Assembly (NCBI GenBank): GCA_012295275.1 | Contig: CM022670.1 | Location: 7,936,001-8,000,000, forward strand | Reading direction: 5' to 3' | DNA from: Chrysomallon squamiferum | Lineage: Eukaryota; Animalia; Mollusca | Length of the DNA: 64,000 nt | In this document: one piece after another, positions 1-13,674 of the stretch | How positions within the stretch are numbered: position 1 is the first letter of the stretch | How the letters are laid out: every line of letters begins with the position of its first letter | Program-made: the position numbers and the translations under genes | Notes under the pieces: generated by a model | The model's database searches: none | What the model was told of the DNA's origin: nothing | The model's input: only the letters and a program-made list of their open reading frames with translations

Positions 1-2354
1 GATAAAGTTTATATCAGTCTAAACAGTCAAGAATTGTTTCCATTTCTTTCTTGATTTAAGCATATAAAGTTCATACTGCTCCCAATGTTTTTTTTAAAGA
101 AATTGTAAATGATATTGGTGTAGTAGAACCAATCTTATTGCTATCATAGAACTAAGCGTTATGTCTAAAACTGGATTTCGAATGCAGTATCATATTTAAG
201 ACCGGATATCAGGAAAGTATTCTGCTCCAGGGTCCTCATTAATTTGATTTTTTTTTTTTTTTTTTACATATATCTTTTTTCATTTTTTCATTTCTTTTTC
301 ATCATTCTTTTTTCATTATTATTATTCATCGGTAGAGAGATACTGAAATTAAAATACAAAGGACAAACTTGATTTTATCATCACACAAACATGTTGAAGT
401 CCTCGGGTCGTTTGCATTATTCAGTGCTGTTTAGTTCTGTAATGATCTCCAAGGGCATAGAAAATCTCGCAAACTGGGCAGTTTCTTTCCAGGCATTGAA
501 CATCAAACAATACAAGACGAGGGATGAATCAATGTTGTGTCCTCCTAATTGTCCTGAGTGTTATTTTACTGTTGTAATGATCGTGACAATGTCTCCAGGT
601 GCATATAGGTCTTCAGAACCCATCTCCAGTTGTCAGATGAGATATTTCATGTTCCCTGGCTAGGTCACTGACTTTGTACAATTGTCTCTGTTTTATTCAG
701 ACTGTTGTAGAGAAAAGACAATAACTAAGTTTATATGTAGCACATTTAAACTGGTTTAATAGTCTCTTTTCATATAACTGAAGCTAGTTAAGAGATTTGC
801 TGATTTTTGTATGAATCGATTTTTAATACAAATGCTAGGTTTATTGAACATTATTTTAAATTTAGCTTTATTATTTGTTTATTAGAATATTTAAATCTCT
901 TTAATGGACAAGCTAATGTTCAGATTTATTTAATATATTTAGCACAGTTTTAAATTTAGATGTAAGAATAATGGATTAATTTATTTAAAGCCCTAAATAC
1001 ATTATCTAATATTTATTAGTTAATATACAACAATTATTTGTTTTAGCGATTTGGCAGAAGTAATCCACTAAGTTTGGTTTAATTTGTTTTTTTGGAGCAT
1101 CTGTGTGTGTGTGTGTATCTCTCTCTCTCTATATATATATTGCTCTCTCTATTATGCATTCATTTTTCTTTTTGCACATCACAGAGAAAAAATGTTACTT
1201 AGGTTGAATAGAAAACAAGCAGTAACCAAGAAGAGAATTATCACTTATAAACAATGTATTTTCAATGAATTTTATACTTTTGTTCCTTTGTCACTTACTA
1301 TATATTAAGTATGCTTTCACTCTTCATGCCTTCGTTTCACAACAGAGAAAAAGAAAGTAAAAACCTTAGATAATATCAGTTCTTTTAAAACATTCAATCT
1401 GCTTTCCTTTGCTTTTTATTTTTTTTTTTTTTTGATACAACATGAAGAGCAGCAAGAAGAAAATGTTTCAGTCATTCCATTCTTAAAACACTGAGATGTA
1501 AAATAAATAATTAATCTTGAATTGCCTACTGATTTTGATTTATTATTCTTAGACCATTTTATCTTCTCCTAACTCAAATTCCTGATGATAATATATATTC
1601 TAAATCATTTATTCATTTTTGTTAGAATTTCAGTCATTTAGTGATTTATGTGGTACAAATGGAGATCTCCATGCATTTTACAGTTTGTTATATTTATTAC
1701 TAAATGCTAACCTTTATTACTAATAAAATATGGCTAAATGTCGGTTTTGTAATTTTTATTTCTATGCCCTAAAAAATAAGTCAAATAAAATAATACATAA
1801 AATAATAATAATCATAATAATAAAAGAAGAAAAGAAACAGTGACAAACAAATATTTGTAGTGTATTTAGCCCATTTATATGTACGCTACACTTTGTTCAC
1901 TATTGATGGATCCCAAAACTTTTTATCCAGTTTATATGCAAGTTACAGTTTTTAGTAACAGAGTAATCTATTGTGCATCATAGTATTTGAAGACTGACAA
2001 AATGATTTCTTCTGTTTTTTTATTTTTTTGTGTTTCTTTAAAGATTTTTTTTCTTTATTTCAAATGCTACTGACAGGTTGGTTTCCGAGCAGAATTGATA
2101 TTCTCAACAAGTGTGTGCCTCCTAGCATTCTCATAAGAAACTTTTCTCAGGGTCGTTACTCAAATCATTAATGGTGGAGGTGGTGGATGATATTAAATTC
2201 ATTACCTATCTCTCATTAATGTAAATCAACTAATTTGATTCTCCGTTTTAAGAACTAATTTAGGTTATTAATTAAAATGAGAAAGTAATTATCAGAGTTA
2301 AAAATATATCACTTCTTCTTACACCCACTCATATAATCACTACCAAACCTTCCC

Positions 2355-2400
<46 letters not shown>

Positions 2401-5400
2401 ATAAAAAAAAAAACTGCACCAGAATTCAGAGTGAAGGGTCTCATGCCAGAGTTTGATTACCTGAATTGCATTTTTCTGGCCGATTGACACATCTGAAGAT
2501 CCGAGTTTGATGAGATTCTCTATATTTCGTGTGAGTCATCAGCGAGGGTCTGTAGTTTTTGTCAGTCCATTTAGACTGTAAATTGAAGCCATGATCAAAT
2601 AAACTGTTCATGTTGCAGTGGTGAAGAAGTTTTATTAACAAGTCGTTTTAAGTTCTGCAAATATCAGCCGCAGACTGTTACAAATATTGAAGACCACATA
2701 TGAAAATTACAGCATAATTTTGTTTGAATGTTCAAAAGTTTTATGGATGAATATTGATCAGTGAAAAAAATTAGGGTGCAGCTGCAGTAAGAGTGTTGAT
2801 GTATAATATTTTGAAATAGTTGTTGCTTTTTGGATGGGTATTTTTTTTTTTTTTTTTTTTATTTTATTTTTTTTTTTTTTATTACAATTATTATTTTAAA
2901 TTTAATTAATTAATATTCCTATCTTTTTTTTTTAAATTTTATTATTTATTTAAAAAAAGAAAGAAAAGAAAAAAAAAAACACAACAACAAAACAACTCAA
3001 ACAAAAATGTTTTACTAACATTGTTAATGGTGTTCTTCAAAATTATAAAGACATTTTTGCCCCATGAGAGTTGGAATTGATATTCAATTTCAAAAATGAA
3101 ATATAAAATATCCTGATGATCTCATTCTGCTTTCTCACATCTTGTGTTTTCTGAAACAGCCTCAAAGGATTTGAATCTCATCTTAACCCTTTTACTGCAG
3201 TATGTTATACTGAAGGTATCAAAACACACAAACACAGTAGGTTAAAGGTTAAATGTGGTTACCATTAGTTACTTACGCTTGTATCTTCAATATACTCACA
3301 GATAAACTCTAAAATCCATTCCCAGAATGCCTTGTGATCCATAAAGTCATGCTACATAATTTCCTTCCTATTGTAAGATGAATTTATATTCTATCTTGCT
3401 GCTCTTTTTTCACTTTCTTTCTTTTTTTTTTTCTTTTTCTAAAAAATTAATCATAATTTAATTTTTTTTTTTTTAAATGGACCCAATATTAAGAGTGTTT
3501 CTTTTTTCATCTGTTTACTTCTTAATGCTTTATAATTAAATGTTAAAAATATTTCTATCTGTCTTTTAATCTCCTACTATGTAAGGATTATATAAAATCA
3601 GTTCTGAACTGAATCTAATCTTAAACAGATGAAACATGGTTACTGTGTTTGTGTTACCAATGCATTTAATCTTTTGTATCAAGTGTAAAAGGGTCAAAGA
3701 TAGTACCAATAAACTGTCAAAATTAAATCTCAACTTGAAGAGGGTTAAACATTGTTACAATAGGTCATTTGTGCTTGTGTCACGAATACATATACAGTCT
3801 GTTTTATCAAGTGAAAAAGGGTTAAACATAGTAACCTATAAACTTGAAGGTCTGGCAAAATCAAAAATCTCAGGTGGCAAAGAGTTAAATATGGTCTCAG
3901 TAGGTGAATTGTGCTTTTGTCAGCAAAAGAGTTAAACATGATCACTTGTCTCCCCAGTATACGCACAGTCTGACTGTAAACTAACTTTTACCAATTTGCA
4001 TGTGTTAACTGCAGAAAGCACCAGTACAAAAAAGAAGTCAATAGTTTGTTCAGACCCCGGGGGTTACTGTTCCAGACTGATGCCTTTTTTTTCCCTGAGA
4101 GACTTGGTTTAGATGCCACTGATTAAAATCTGAATAAATTTTCTAGTCCATTCAGATGTTGGTGACAGATAATTACATACAGTGTCTTAGGTTATTTACA
4201 AGCCCTGAGTCAGTGTTTGTATATATTAGCTGAGAGATTTAATCTGTATTAATTAGGTTTATATTTTAATGGCAGTCGATTAATGTTGTTAATATTAAAT
4301 CAATGGTAAGGAATTGGTATGTGTTGACAATATTGGTTCAGTTTATGGTAGTGTAAAGTTGGTAAAAATTAGAAAGTATTGACAAAATTTGCTCAACACT
4401 GGTTAAATGACCTAGTAAATATTGGCTAAGTGGTATGGTAAAGAAAGGAAGGGATTAGAAGGTTTTAGCAGTATTGATTTAAAAAAAAAAAACTCAAAAT
4501 ATTTAAAGGTGAATCAGAAGTTGGAATGATTGTTAGATAAATAAATGTTTCAGATTATAACATTTTTATACATTAAATTATTTTTTTTTTATTTTGTGTA
4601 TTTTTTTTTTTTTTTTTTCAGAAATCTCATGCTATTTAAATCATTCTGCTGCAACATTTATTCAAAATTAACTAATAAGTCCTTTTTTTTTTTTTTTTTC
4701 ATTCAAATTAGATAATTCCCTTAAAAAGAATTTAAAAAATTCTTCATGCTGTATTTTCATACTTCTAATTCTGACTTAATACATATATTGCAAAAACTGT
4801 AAATAGACCTATTTCATTTAAACAAAAGACTGCAGAAGAATATGAATTCCAACAACAAATTAATAAGTCAGCTATAGATGAATATGTTATTGTTATTAAA
4901 TTCTGATATAAGTGGTTTGGAGACTGAAGTAGAATTGGACAAGAAAGCACTGCCATATTTTACATGCAAAGTGTTAAGAAAGTGAGTTGTCAGTGATATG
5001 TTAAAAAAAGATGGTCAGTTTTTAAAATCTGTTCACATATTAGTATTTGTGAATAAAATATAAATCTTATTTCATAACAAATTAAAATGTCATTTTTTAA
5101 AACTGAATCATGAACCATGATAATGTAAATACAGCTAATTTATGATTGAAAACCCAAACCTTTTGAAAATGTGAATAAAACTGATGTTTGACTGACTGAC
5201 TACAACCAGCTCTTTGATTGAGAAACAGTTTTGAAAAAATGTAAATACATCTGAACTTGTATCTGAGAAAAAGTTAACATATGGTTAACATACAATCTAG
5301 AAAACCTATTTTGAAAATTTGAACAAATTGAAAAATAGTTTGAAAATGTGAATATTCTCAAACAATGTATTGGTTTATATATTATATATATCACAAGACG

Positions 5401-6957
5401 ATCAAATTTTATTTAAAAATTATTATTGTTTTGTTGTGTTACATATATATATATATATTGAAATTTGAATATTTTATTTGATCTGGAATCAATTTTTTAT
5501 TTTTATTAATTTTTATTAATAATAACATGCACTTTATTGACTGGCTTTGGAATTTAAATTAATTCTAAGATCATTCTGCTTAAATGTAAACACAAAACAG
5601 GTTTATCAGATTCATAACACCTGGGAATTAGTTTCAGTTTTCCTTGCAACCTTGAATAAAAATCGTATAAGTACAGGATCTATGGATTATTTTTTCTTTT
5701 TTTAAATTTACCAAAAACAAAAAATAATAATAATAAAAAAAATTAATGAAACAGCTACATTTCAAATTATTTGTGGTGAATTAAGTAGCAGATTTTTTTT
5801 TTTTTTAATTTAAAAAAGATAGGGTTTCCATGAGAACAAAATAAAATAACAATAAAAGTTCAGCAATGAACTGATTAGTGTCTGCCATAATCTTAAGAAA
5901 TAATTTTAAAAAGAAAAAAGAAAAAAAAAGAAACATGTCCTTAAAACCCAAAATTCTTCATAGTTATTGACAGATGAATAAATATTGAATATTTCATAAC
6001 TAAATTTTAAAGCATATTTAACTGTTCACTTCTATTTATTTCAACATTCTCTTTTGTAATTATGCAGTTAAAATAATTTTTAGACTCAGGCCTGATGAAT
6101 CTTTTTCTTCTCAGTTTAAAGTTTTTGTTATGTATTTGTTTACTAAAATTATACTGAAATATGTAATCTTATATAATCTGTCAGAAATCTTGAAAATGAT
6201 TAAAAAGAAAAGATTGAAATTAAATTTCACAAAAACCATATGAACAATTATATGTGAACCATGTGAACAATAAGATTGAAATTTTGATACAAATTGGACA
6301 ATTTCTGGCTATTAGAATAATTATTTATATAATCCACTGTTCTCAGGATACATAATGATATGTATGTTTGAAATTAAAAACTCATAGATCAAACTGAAGC
6401 AATTACTGAAATATTATATTTTAGAACTACTTGAAATAGATACATCTTGTCAGTGAAAAACAACCATGGTGAAATTTAGAATTGAAATATATATATATAA
6501 AAAAATAATAATAATTCTGCAATAAACTTCAAAGTAACAATGTCTGTTTACCATCATTGAGGGAACAGTTTGAAATAATTATGGAAAAATGATTTCTCTG
6601 AAGTACTTGAAATGAATATACTTATACAGTAAGGAAATAGACCTAGGTGAAATTTAAGATTAAAATTATTTTAGAAAAAGGAAAGTTCTACATTAAACAG
6701 ATGGTCAGCCTAACTGTCTGTTTACCACTGGTTGTTGTATGCAGCAGATTTGAGTTGAAGACCTGATTTCAGTCATTTATCATGTGTCACCACTATCATT
6801 AGTCACAGAGTCTCTGTACAGGGATATCTCCGTCCATCAAATGTGATTTATAGCTTATTTGGAGATGCTAATTCAAATGTTAATTTAAAACCAAAAACAT
6901 GTGTTGCTCATCAGCTGGTGCATAGGAAGATAATCTGTATAGAATTACATTCCATTC

Positions 6958-7470
6958 TGATTGATGAAAAATACATTGTTAACTCGACATGCCAAGGTTA
7001 TGAATGTTTAATTATTCACTGTCTGTTTTTTTCAGTTTTTATATTTCACTGATATTAAGTACATTGTTAACTCCATGTGCCAAGGTTAGGAATGTTTAAT
7101 TATTCACTGTCTGTTTTTTTCAGTTTTTATATTTCACTGATATTAAGAACATTGTTAACTTGACGTGCCAAGGTTAGGAATGTTTAATTATTCAGTATGA
7201 ATATTTATTTATTTATTTCTGATTGATGTTAAGTACATTGATAAATCAACATGTCAGTGTTATGAATGCTTAATTATTTGGTGTGTTATTATATCCAGTA
7301 TTTATATCTGATTGATGAAGTGTAGATATTTTTCAGTATTTATATCTGATTGATGAAGTGTAGATATTTTTCAGTATTTGCATATGACTAATTAAAAGTA
7401 CAGTGATAACTTGATTTATTGAATTTATGAATATTTCGTTATTTGATGTGTATTTTACAGTATTTCAGTC
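6958..7470. repeat. 88-bp tandem repeat: 3 good copies, then degenerate and shortened copies
   Basis: acattgttaact...gccaaggtt..gaatgtttaattattca recurs with the caag|gtt core at 6996, 7084 and 7172. Confidence 0.85.
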
Positions 7471-10400
7471 AGATTGCTTAGCATTTGTACTTAAAATTAA
7501 TGACTCTTAATTTTACATGTTATATATATACTATTAATCCAGGTGTACTTTTCACTTGTGTGATTCAGTATTAAAGTTTACAGGTAGATACTTTGAACAT
7601 TAAAACTACCTTGAAATGCATAATGATTGAAGGTGGTAAATTTATTAGGATGATTACATTTATTTGCAAAATTTTTCATCATAGCCTAGTTTTTTCTTGA
7701 AGTGCATCATTATTAATGAATATTACCTGGTAATGTTTGTATTCCTGTGTCTGTATGTGTATGTATTGATGTGCATGTGCATGTGTGTGAAAATAGCTTG
7801 ATTATAACTTTCCTAAAGTAAAAAAAAAAAATGGCTTCTGATTAAGAAACTTCTCTGTTTTCTTTTATGGAATATGTTTATATTAAAAATACTTTTTTTT
7901 ACACTGAACATGTTATTTTCACATAAAATTAATATCACATATATCTTTCAAGGGACTTTTGTTGATGTCTGATAAAGATTTTTCCATTACTGATAACAGT
8001 GTTTCTAGAATGTATCATTCATCTTTACAAACATTGCTCATCCTCATTTTATCTTTTATTAACATACAAGAACACAGTCATCTTTACATTTGCCATTGAC
8101 TTTGAGTTTCTTTTATATCTTCTTTGTTTTCATTTCCTTTCTTCAGCATTGATTTATCTAAACACAACTGTTTAATTTACTGACTGAACTGAGAGGTTAA
8201 AGATTTCCCATGGCTTGGACCAGGCAGTGTTTGTGATCAACTATCTACATCCATACTTGTGTTTGTACAACAAATAAATCCATCCATCCATCATTATGTT
8301 AAAGTTTCCATCCATACTCCTTGTTTATCCAAAAATAGTTTAAGCACAGAATTTAGTGTAACTGCCAGACGTTAATGAAAGCGAACATAATATAGATCTT
8401 ATTTGGGCAGCTCTCTGTATAAACCCAGTTTAAGGATAAAATTTAATGAAAATGTATTTGCGTTGTCTTTTAACACCAGTTTTTAGTTAAAATTCCAAAT
8501 TTACTGGAAATTGGAAATGTAGATAAAATTGGTCTAATTTGGCCTGTTTATCAGAAAGTAGTGTTAGCATGGACTTAACTTTAGTTAACTGACTTAATGA
8601 AAGTACAGATAAAATTGATCTTGTTGGCTTGTTTATGTGAAATTAAAGTTAGGAAGCACGTCATCCACTGAAGATTTTGATAAAAGTTGGATGTGTTTTG
8701 TTTGTGATGTGAAAGAAGAATGAGAATTCAGCTCACTGATTTGTACATTAAACCACTCTAATCATACTTGTTCGTACACATCAAATAAATCCTCAGACAC
8801 CATCTAAACTACTGATCTCAATTAAAATGTACATTAATTTGGACTAATTTAGCTTGTTTATCTGAAGGTAAAGAAAGCACAGACTTTGATGTAGCCACCA
8901 AACTTAATGAAAGTGTAAATAAAACTGGCCATATGGGTTTGTTTGTCTCAAAGTTGAACAAGAAAACAGACAGCAATTTAACTACCAAGTGAAATAAGAA
9001 TAAAGTTTGGAGTTTGTATGAGAGTCAGTAACAGTACAGAAAAAAATCATTTGATGTTGTTACACTGTTGAAGATTATTCGCCCCAGTTCAGAGACTAAT
9101 GTCCGTTATGGAGAATCGTAATCTTCCTGGAAAAAAAAAAAAATGTCTTGATCTGCTTTCACAAAACTGTAATTTTATCTCTTTCATTGATCAGTATTGA
9201 TTAAATAAAGACTTTAAATATTTAGGTAATTGCCCTTCTTTGTAAAACCACAAAGCCATTGAAAGATATATCTGTTTGTGGAAATGTGGGGGGCTTTTAA
9301 GGAAAGAATGTATATCGAAATTTGTGTTTGTCAGAGAGACAGAGAAAGAGAAATGCAGACAGGCAGATAACTTTGATGACTGTAATAAAATCAAAAAGTC
9401 CAGATTTATGTATTAAGGTTCCCCTTTAATGGATTGCACCATACATAAACTATATTTTTAAATTGTATTTTACATAAACTACCTTATACCATCCATTTTT
9501 ATTGAACAGTTTGCTGCTTGGAGTAATATTTCTAATTTTATTGGAATTTCCTACATTCAGACTCTTTTCAAAATGATTATGGATTATTGCTGAGACAGAT
9601 CTATATACATAAGTAATAAAACAATAGATATTCATTCACCAGTATCTGGATATACTGTAATTATAATATTCATTGTGTAGTAGCTTTTAGAACAATAATA
9701 TTTTTGTCTAAATGTCTGGAGAATAATATCTTGTAGTGGGTCGAGAGTTTGATTCAAATGGTTACTGACAGTCTGTCAAAAAACTAAGTGTTTTGTTTGA
9801 GAAGTTTCTCGCTCTCTTAGGGTTAGAGAGAAATAATGGCCTCATGTTCCCTTGTTGCTGATTAAAGTGTTTTCAAATGACTTTTCAAATCAATTGCTGC
9901 ATGACTTGGATCAGTTAAATGATTGACAACTGTAGTCTCACTGGATGAAATAAAAATTGCTTTTTGTTAGGTTTGTTTTTTGTTTTGTTTTTAAAGTTAA
10001 AATAATGGCTTGATATTCCTCGGAATTCATCTAAAACAAATTAATATTTATAGCTCACTCCCCTTTTTTCCATCTTCAATTTAATTTAAATTTTTATTTT
10101 TATTTTTTTATATTAGAAAACATTCCATCGGAATGCATTCTGTACACTCATTTATTGAAAGAAGTGTGAATTTCTACTTTATTTATTTACAGTGTACATA
10201 TATATATAGAGAGAGAGAGAGAAAATCTTTTTTTTCTTTCCTTCCTTGACTTGGGAAGGTATTTTAATAAATTGAGAAACATTAATAGAAAAACATGTTA
10301 GGCTTACATGAAAAAAATAGTCTCTGCAGTTAGAAAAATCCATGAAAAGTGATCATTTGGTCACTTAACTGGTGTGCATAATTGATTTTTTACAAACATA

Positions 10401-10906
10401 ATTGATGTTGCTGGAAATGTTTTATGCAAAAAACACAACAGACTACCTCAGTACTGTATTTCTTACACCAACAGATCCATCAAAACCACAACAGCATACA
10501 GTGACTGGCGTATTTCTTTACAGTTCAATATTAAAATCATAAAAATATTGTTGAATCTATTTTAAATCTGAATTTGTTTATTTTTCTCTTGTATTTATCT
10601 GAGCAGCAAAAAACAACTTTGATTTATTACCAGCTAAAAATAATATTTGAAATGTCTGTCTGTTCATTTATAGAATATGTTTTAAATGTTCAGATGAAGA
10701 TCATGGTACCATCAAAATGATTGTGTCTTTATTTGGTCGGTAGTCCAACTTCTGCTAATAGAAAAGGTTTCAAAATATTAAAAACATTAAGAATACATTT
10801 ATAAAATAAAGTTTTCACTTCTTTTTTAATCTATTTTATTTTTAATTTTTTTTATGTTTCTCATGTTGGTTTGTTTTGGGTTTTTTTGCCTAATTTACTA
10901 TGATTA

Positions 10907-10941
<35 letters not shown>

Positions 10942-13148
10942 GTTTTATTGTTTTTTGTTTGGTTTGGTTTTTTGTTTGTTTGTTTGTTTTGGGTTGCTTG
11001 TCTAAAAACTTAATAAATATCCTCAGTGGAACTTACTGAAATAATACTCATTTTATCATTTTCATCACTAAATTTGATTCTGCATCATAGAAGAGTAAAT
11101 AATCATAGAGGAACCACTGAGCAAATATTAATTCATATTAGAATTATCCACTCGTATCCAGAGTAAACTGTTTGAAAATAATCTGAGGGTGATGTCATGT
11201 TAGTTTTGGGACACTCTGGAGTATTCTGTTCTAGAGGTCAAGATGATACAGACAGACAGTCAAACAAACAGTTTTATAATAAAACCAGAATGTTGTTACT
11301 GGTTCTCTTACTCACATTAGTTTTGTTTTTGGTTATTTTATTATTTTTATTTTTTTATTTTTTTATTTTTTTTATTTATATTATTTATTTGTTGGGGATT
11401 TTTCTGATTGTGTTTATTTTATTTTATTTAGTGTGTTTTTTTTGTTGTTGTTGATGTTGTTTTGCTTTTGATTTTGTGTTGATTGTGTAATTTATTTATT
11501 CATGATAAAATAGCTTGCAATAATCAATATTATTTAAAAAAAAAAAAAAAAAAAATGGATGATGATGTGATGTATTTCATTGTTCATCCATCTATCCATC
11601 TATTTATTTGTTTTTTCTTTTGATTAATTCTTTATTATGGGAAGAAAAAATAAACGTAACACCTCATCCAAATGTTGGTATTTTTTAAAAATATATATAT
11701 ATTGCAGAAATAATGTCTGTTTTAATTGGTTGTTTTCAGAACTGACAGGAAATGACACATTTAGATAGCTTATTTATATGCTTTTTATATTTATTTTTAA
11801 TTTTTTAATTTTATTTTTTTGTTTGTTTTAACCACCATGTATCATTCAGTCACTGGAGGCTATGAGTAATCAAAACTTCTTCATAATTCAAATAAAAATA
11901 TTGTCTGTAAGTCTGTATCTTTCTCTTTCTCTCTCTCTCTTTCATTTTTTTTCTCTCATTCTTGTTTTCTTCCTATCACTGTACCACTAAACATCTTGCC
12001 CTCTCTGTAGATCTTTAATTTCAAAAATTTTAATGCATCATTGAGTTCTCTAGCAGTTGTTTCAAGTGCCTCATCTTTTATAAAGACTAGCTGTGCCTCT
12101 CTATTATGAGATTTCACAGATATTGACTACATCTGATAGATGCCTATAAGTGATGTAATATCAGATATAATATCCCAGTGAAGGTTCCTGCAGGGCATGA
12201 TTGATGACTAAGTATCGATGGGCAAAATTTTATGACTACTTTATCTTTTAAGTAAAGAATCTTGAACATTTTGAAATGAGAGAGAAGTCCCTTAGGGAGA
12301 TAGGAAAATAATGATACAAACAGCACTGGGAGATGGTGAAATAATGATACTTAGAGTACTGGAAGATGTGAAAATTACGATATGATCAGGACTGAAAGAT
12401 GGTGATAAACAAAGGTGAAAGGAAAGTTAGAGAAATTGGGGAAGTGAAGAAATAATAATTAAAACAGATATTTTAAGACAGAGGGTAGAAGTAAGCACAG
12501 ACATGTTTTGATAATGACAGTTATTGAAAACAGTAACAAATGGTTTGTGTGCACATAGGTTAAAGATTAATGCAGTAAACATATCAGTCATCATGTCTCA
12601 TATTTCTAGCCATTGATTTAGAAGTTAAAGGTCAAATATGACATTTGAGGTGAAAAAAAAAAAAAAAAAAAAAAAATCTAATGATTGTTATTCTTGTCAA
12701 AAAGGATTACTCATTCTAGTCTTGTTAAATTTAATATTTATACTAGTATGAATTAGTATCAGATAAAGATGTTAGTGGAAAAGAAATGAGAAAGTGAATT
12801 GAATGAGAATGTATTTCATGTATTTTCTTGTTTTTTAACTTTTATTATGTGTTATTTATTTGTCATTAAAACATTCACAAGAATTGAAATAATGATGATA
12901 ATGTGTCAATTTTTATTGTTAACTACAAATATCATAGAACAAAAAAAAAAAAAAAAAAAAAAATATGTTACTGACCATAAGTAAATAATTAAGAAAAAAA
13001 AAAGTTAATTAAAATTTTCCTTCTGTACATTTGTTTAACAATACAGCAACATGCTTCAGTTGATTGTTTATTGATAGAATCAAGCTGTTTTACATGCATC
13101 ATTTGACTGCTCAGACAATTATTCTAGTTTCTGCATTTCTTTTTACAG

Positions 13149-13674
13149 ATTCTGATCCTTCATACCTGAGCTTCGCTAACCCAAACTACAACTTCCCTGA
13201 TGCAGCCCTCTCATTTGTCGAACATGAAGACAACAACAACCAACACCTGTATCAAATCAATCCAAAAGAACAGAATGAAACGTATGCAAATCATGACCAC
13301 AAAAGGCAAGGTAGTGAGTCGAGCCTGGCATCTCCACTGTCACCAGACCGCAGTATTATTTTACACAAGCTGAAGACCCCATCTAGCGAAGAAAACAGTG
13401 ACGATGAGACATATGGAATCAAGAAGTCTAATAATGACGAGAGCAGCAAATTGCTTGACAAGGAGGAGAAAAAGGAGAAAGAGGAGGTCTCCTACTTGGC
13501 GAACAAGCCCATCAAGTCATCAGGATTTCTTGGTTATTACTCGCTGCTTGAAGCAAAAGCTCGGGAACATGAAAGTCACACTGTTGTAGAAAGTCCTGAC
13601 AGTCCAGATGATGGGTTTGAGTTGGCCTTGGAAGAGAGACCAGCTGAACAGGAGACTAACCACAGGAAAGAGAA
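13149..13674 (+). CDS. APBB2: FE65 exon: acidic/Ser-rich N-terminal region (DSDPSYLSFANPNY...ETNHRKE)
   Basis: ttttacag acceptor (phase 1) and AA|GTGAGT donor; lies within ORF 13064-13678; phase matches the next exon. Confidence 0.85.

Noticed and set aside
391-663. 90-aa ORF in a GC-richer patch
   Set aside because: No recognisable motif or convincing splice partners; cannot be tied to FE65
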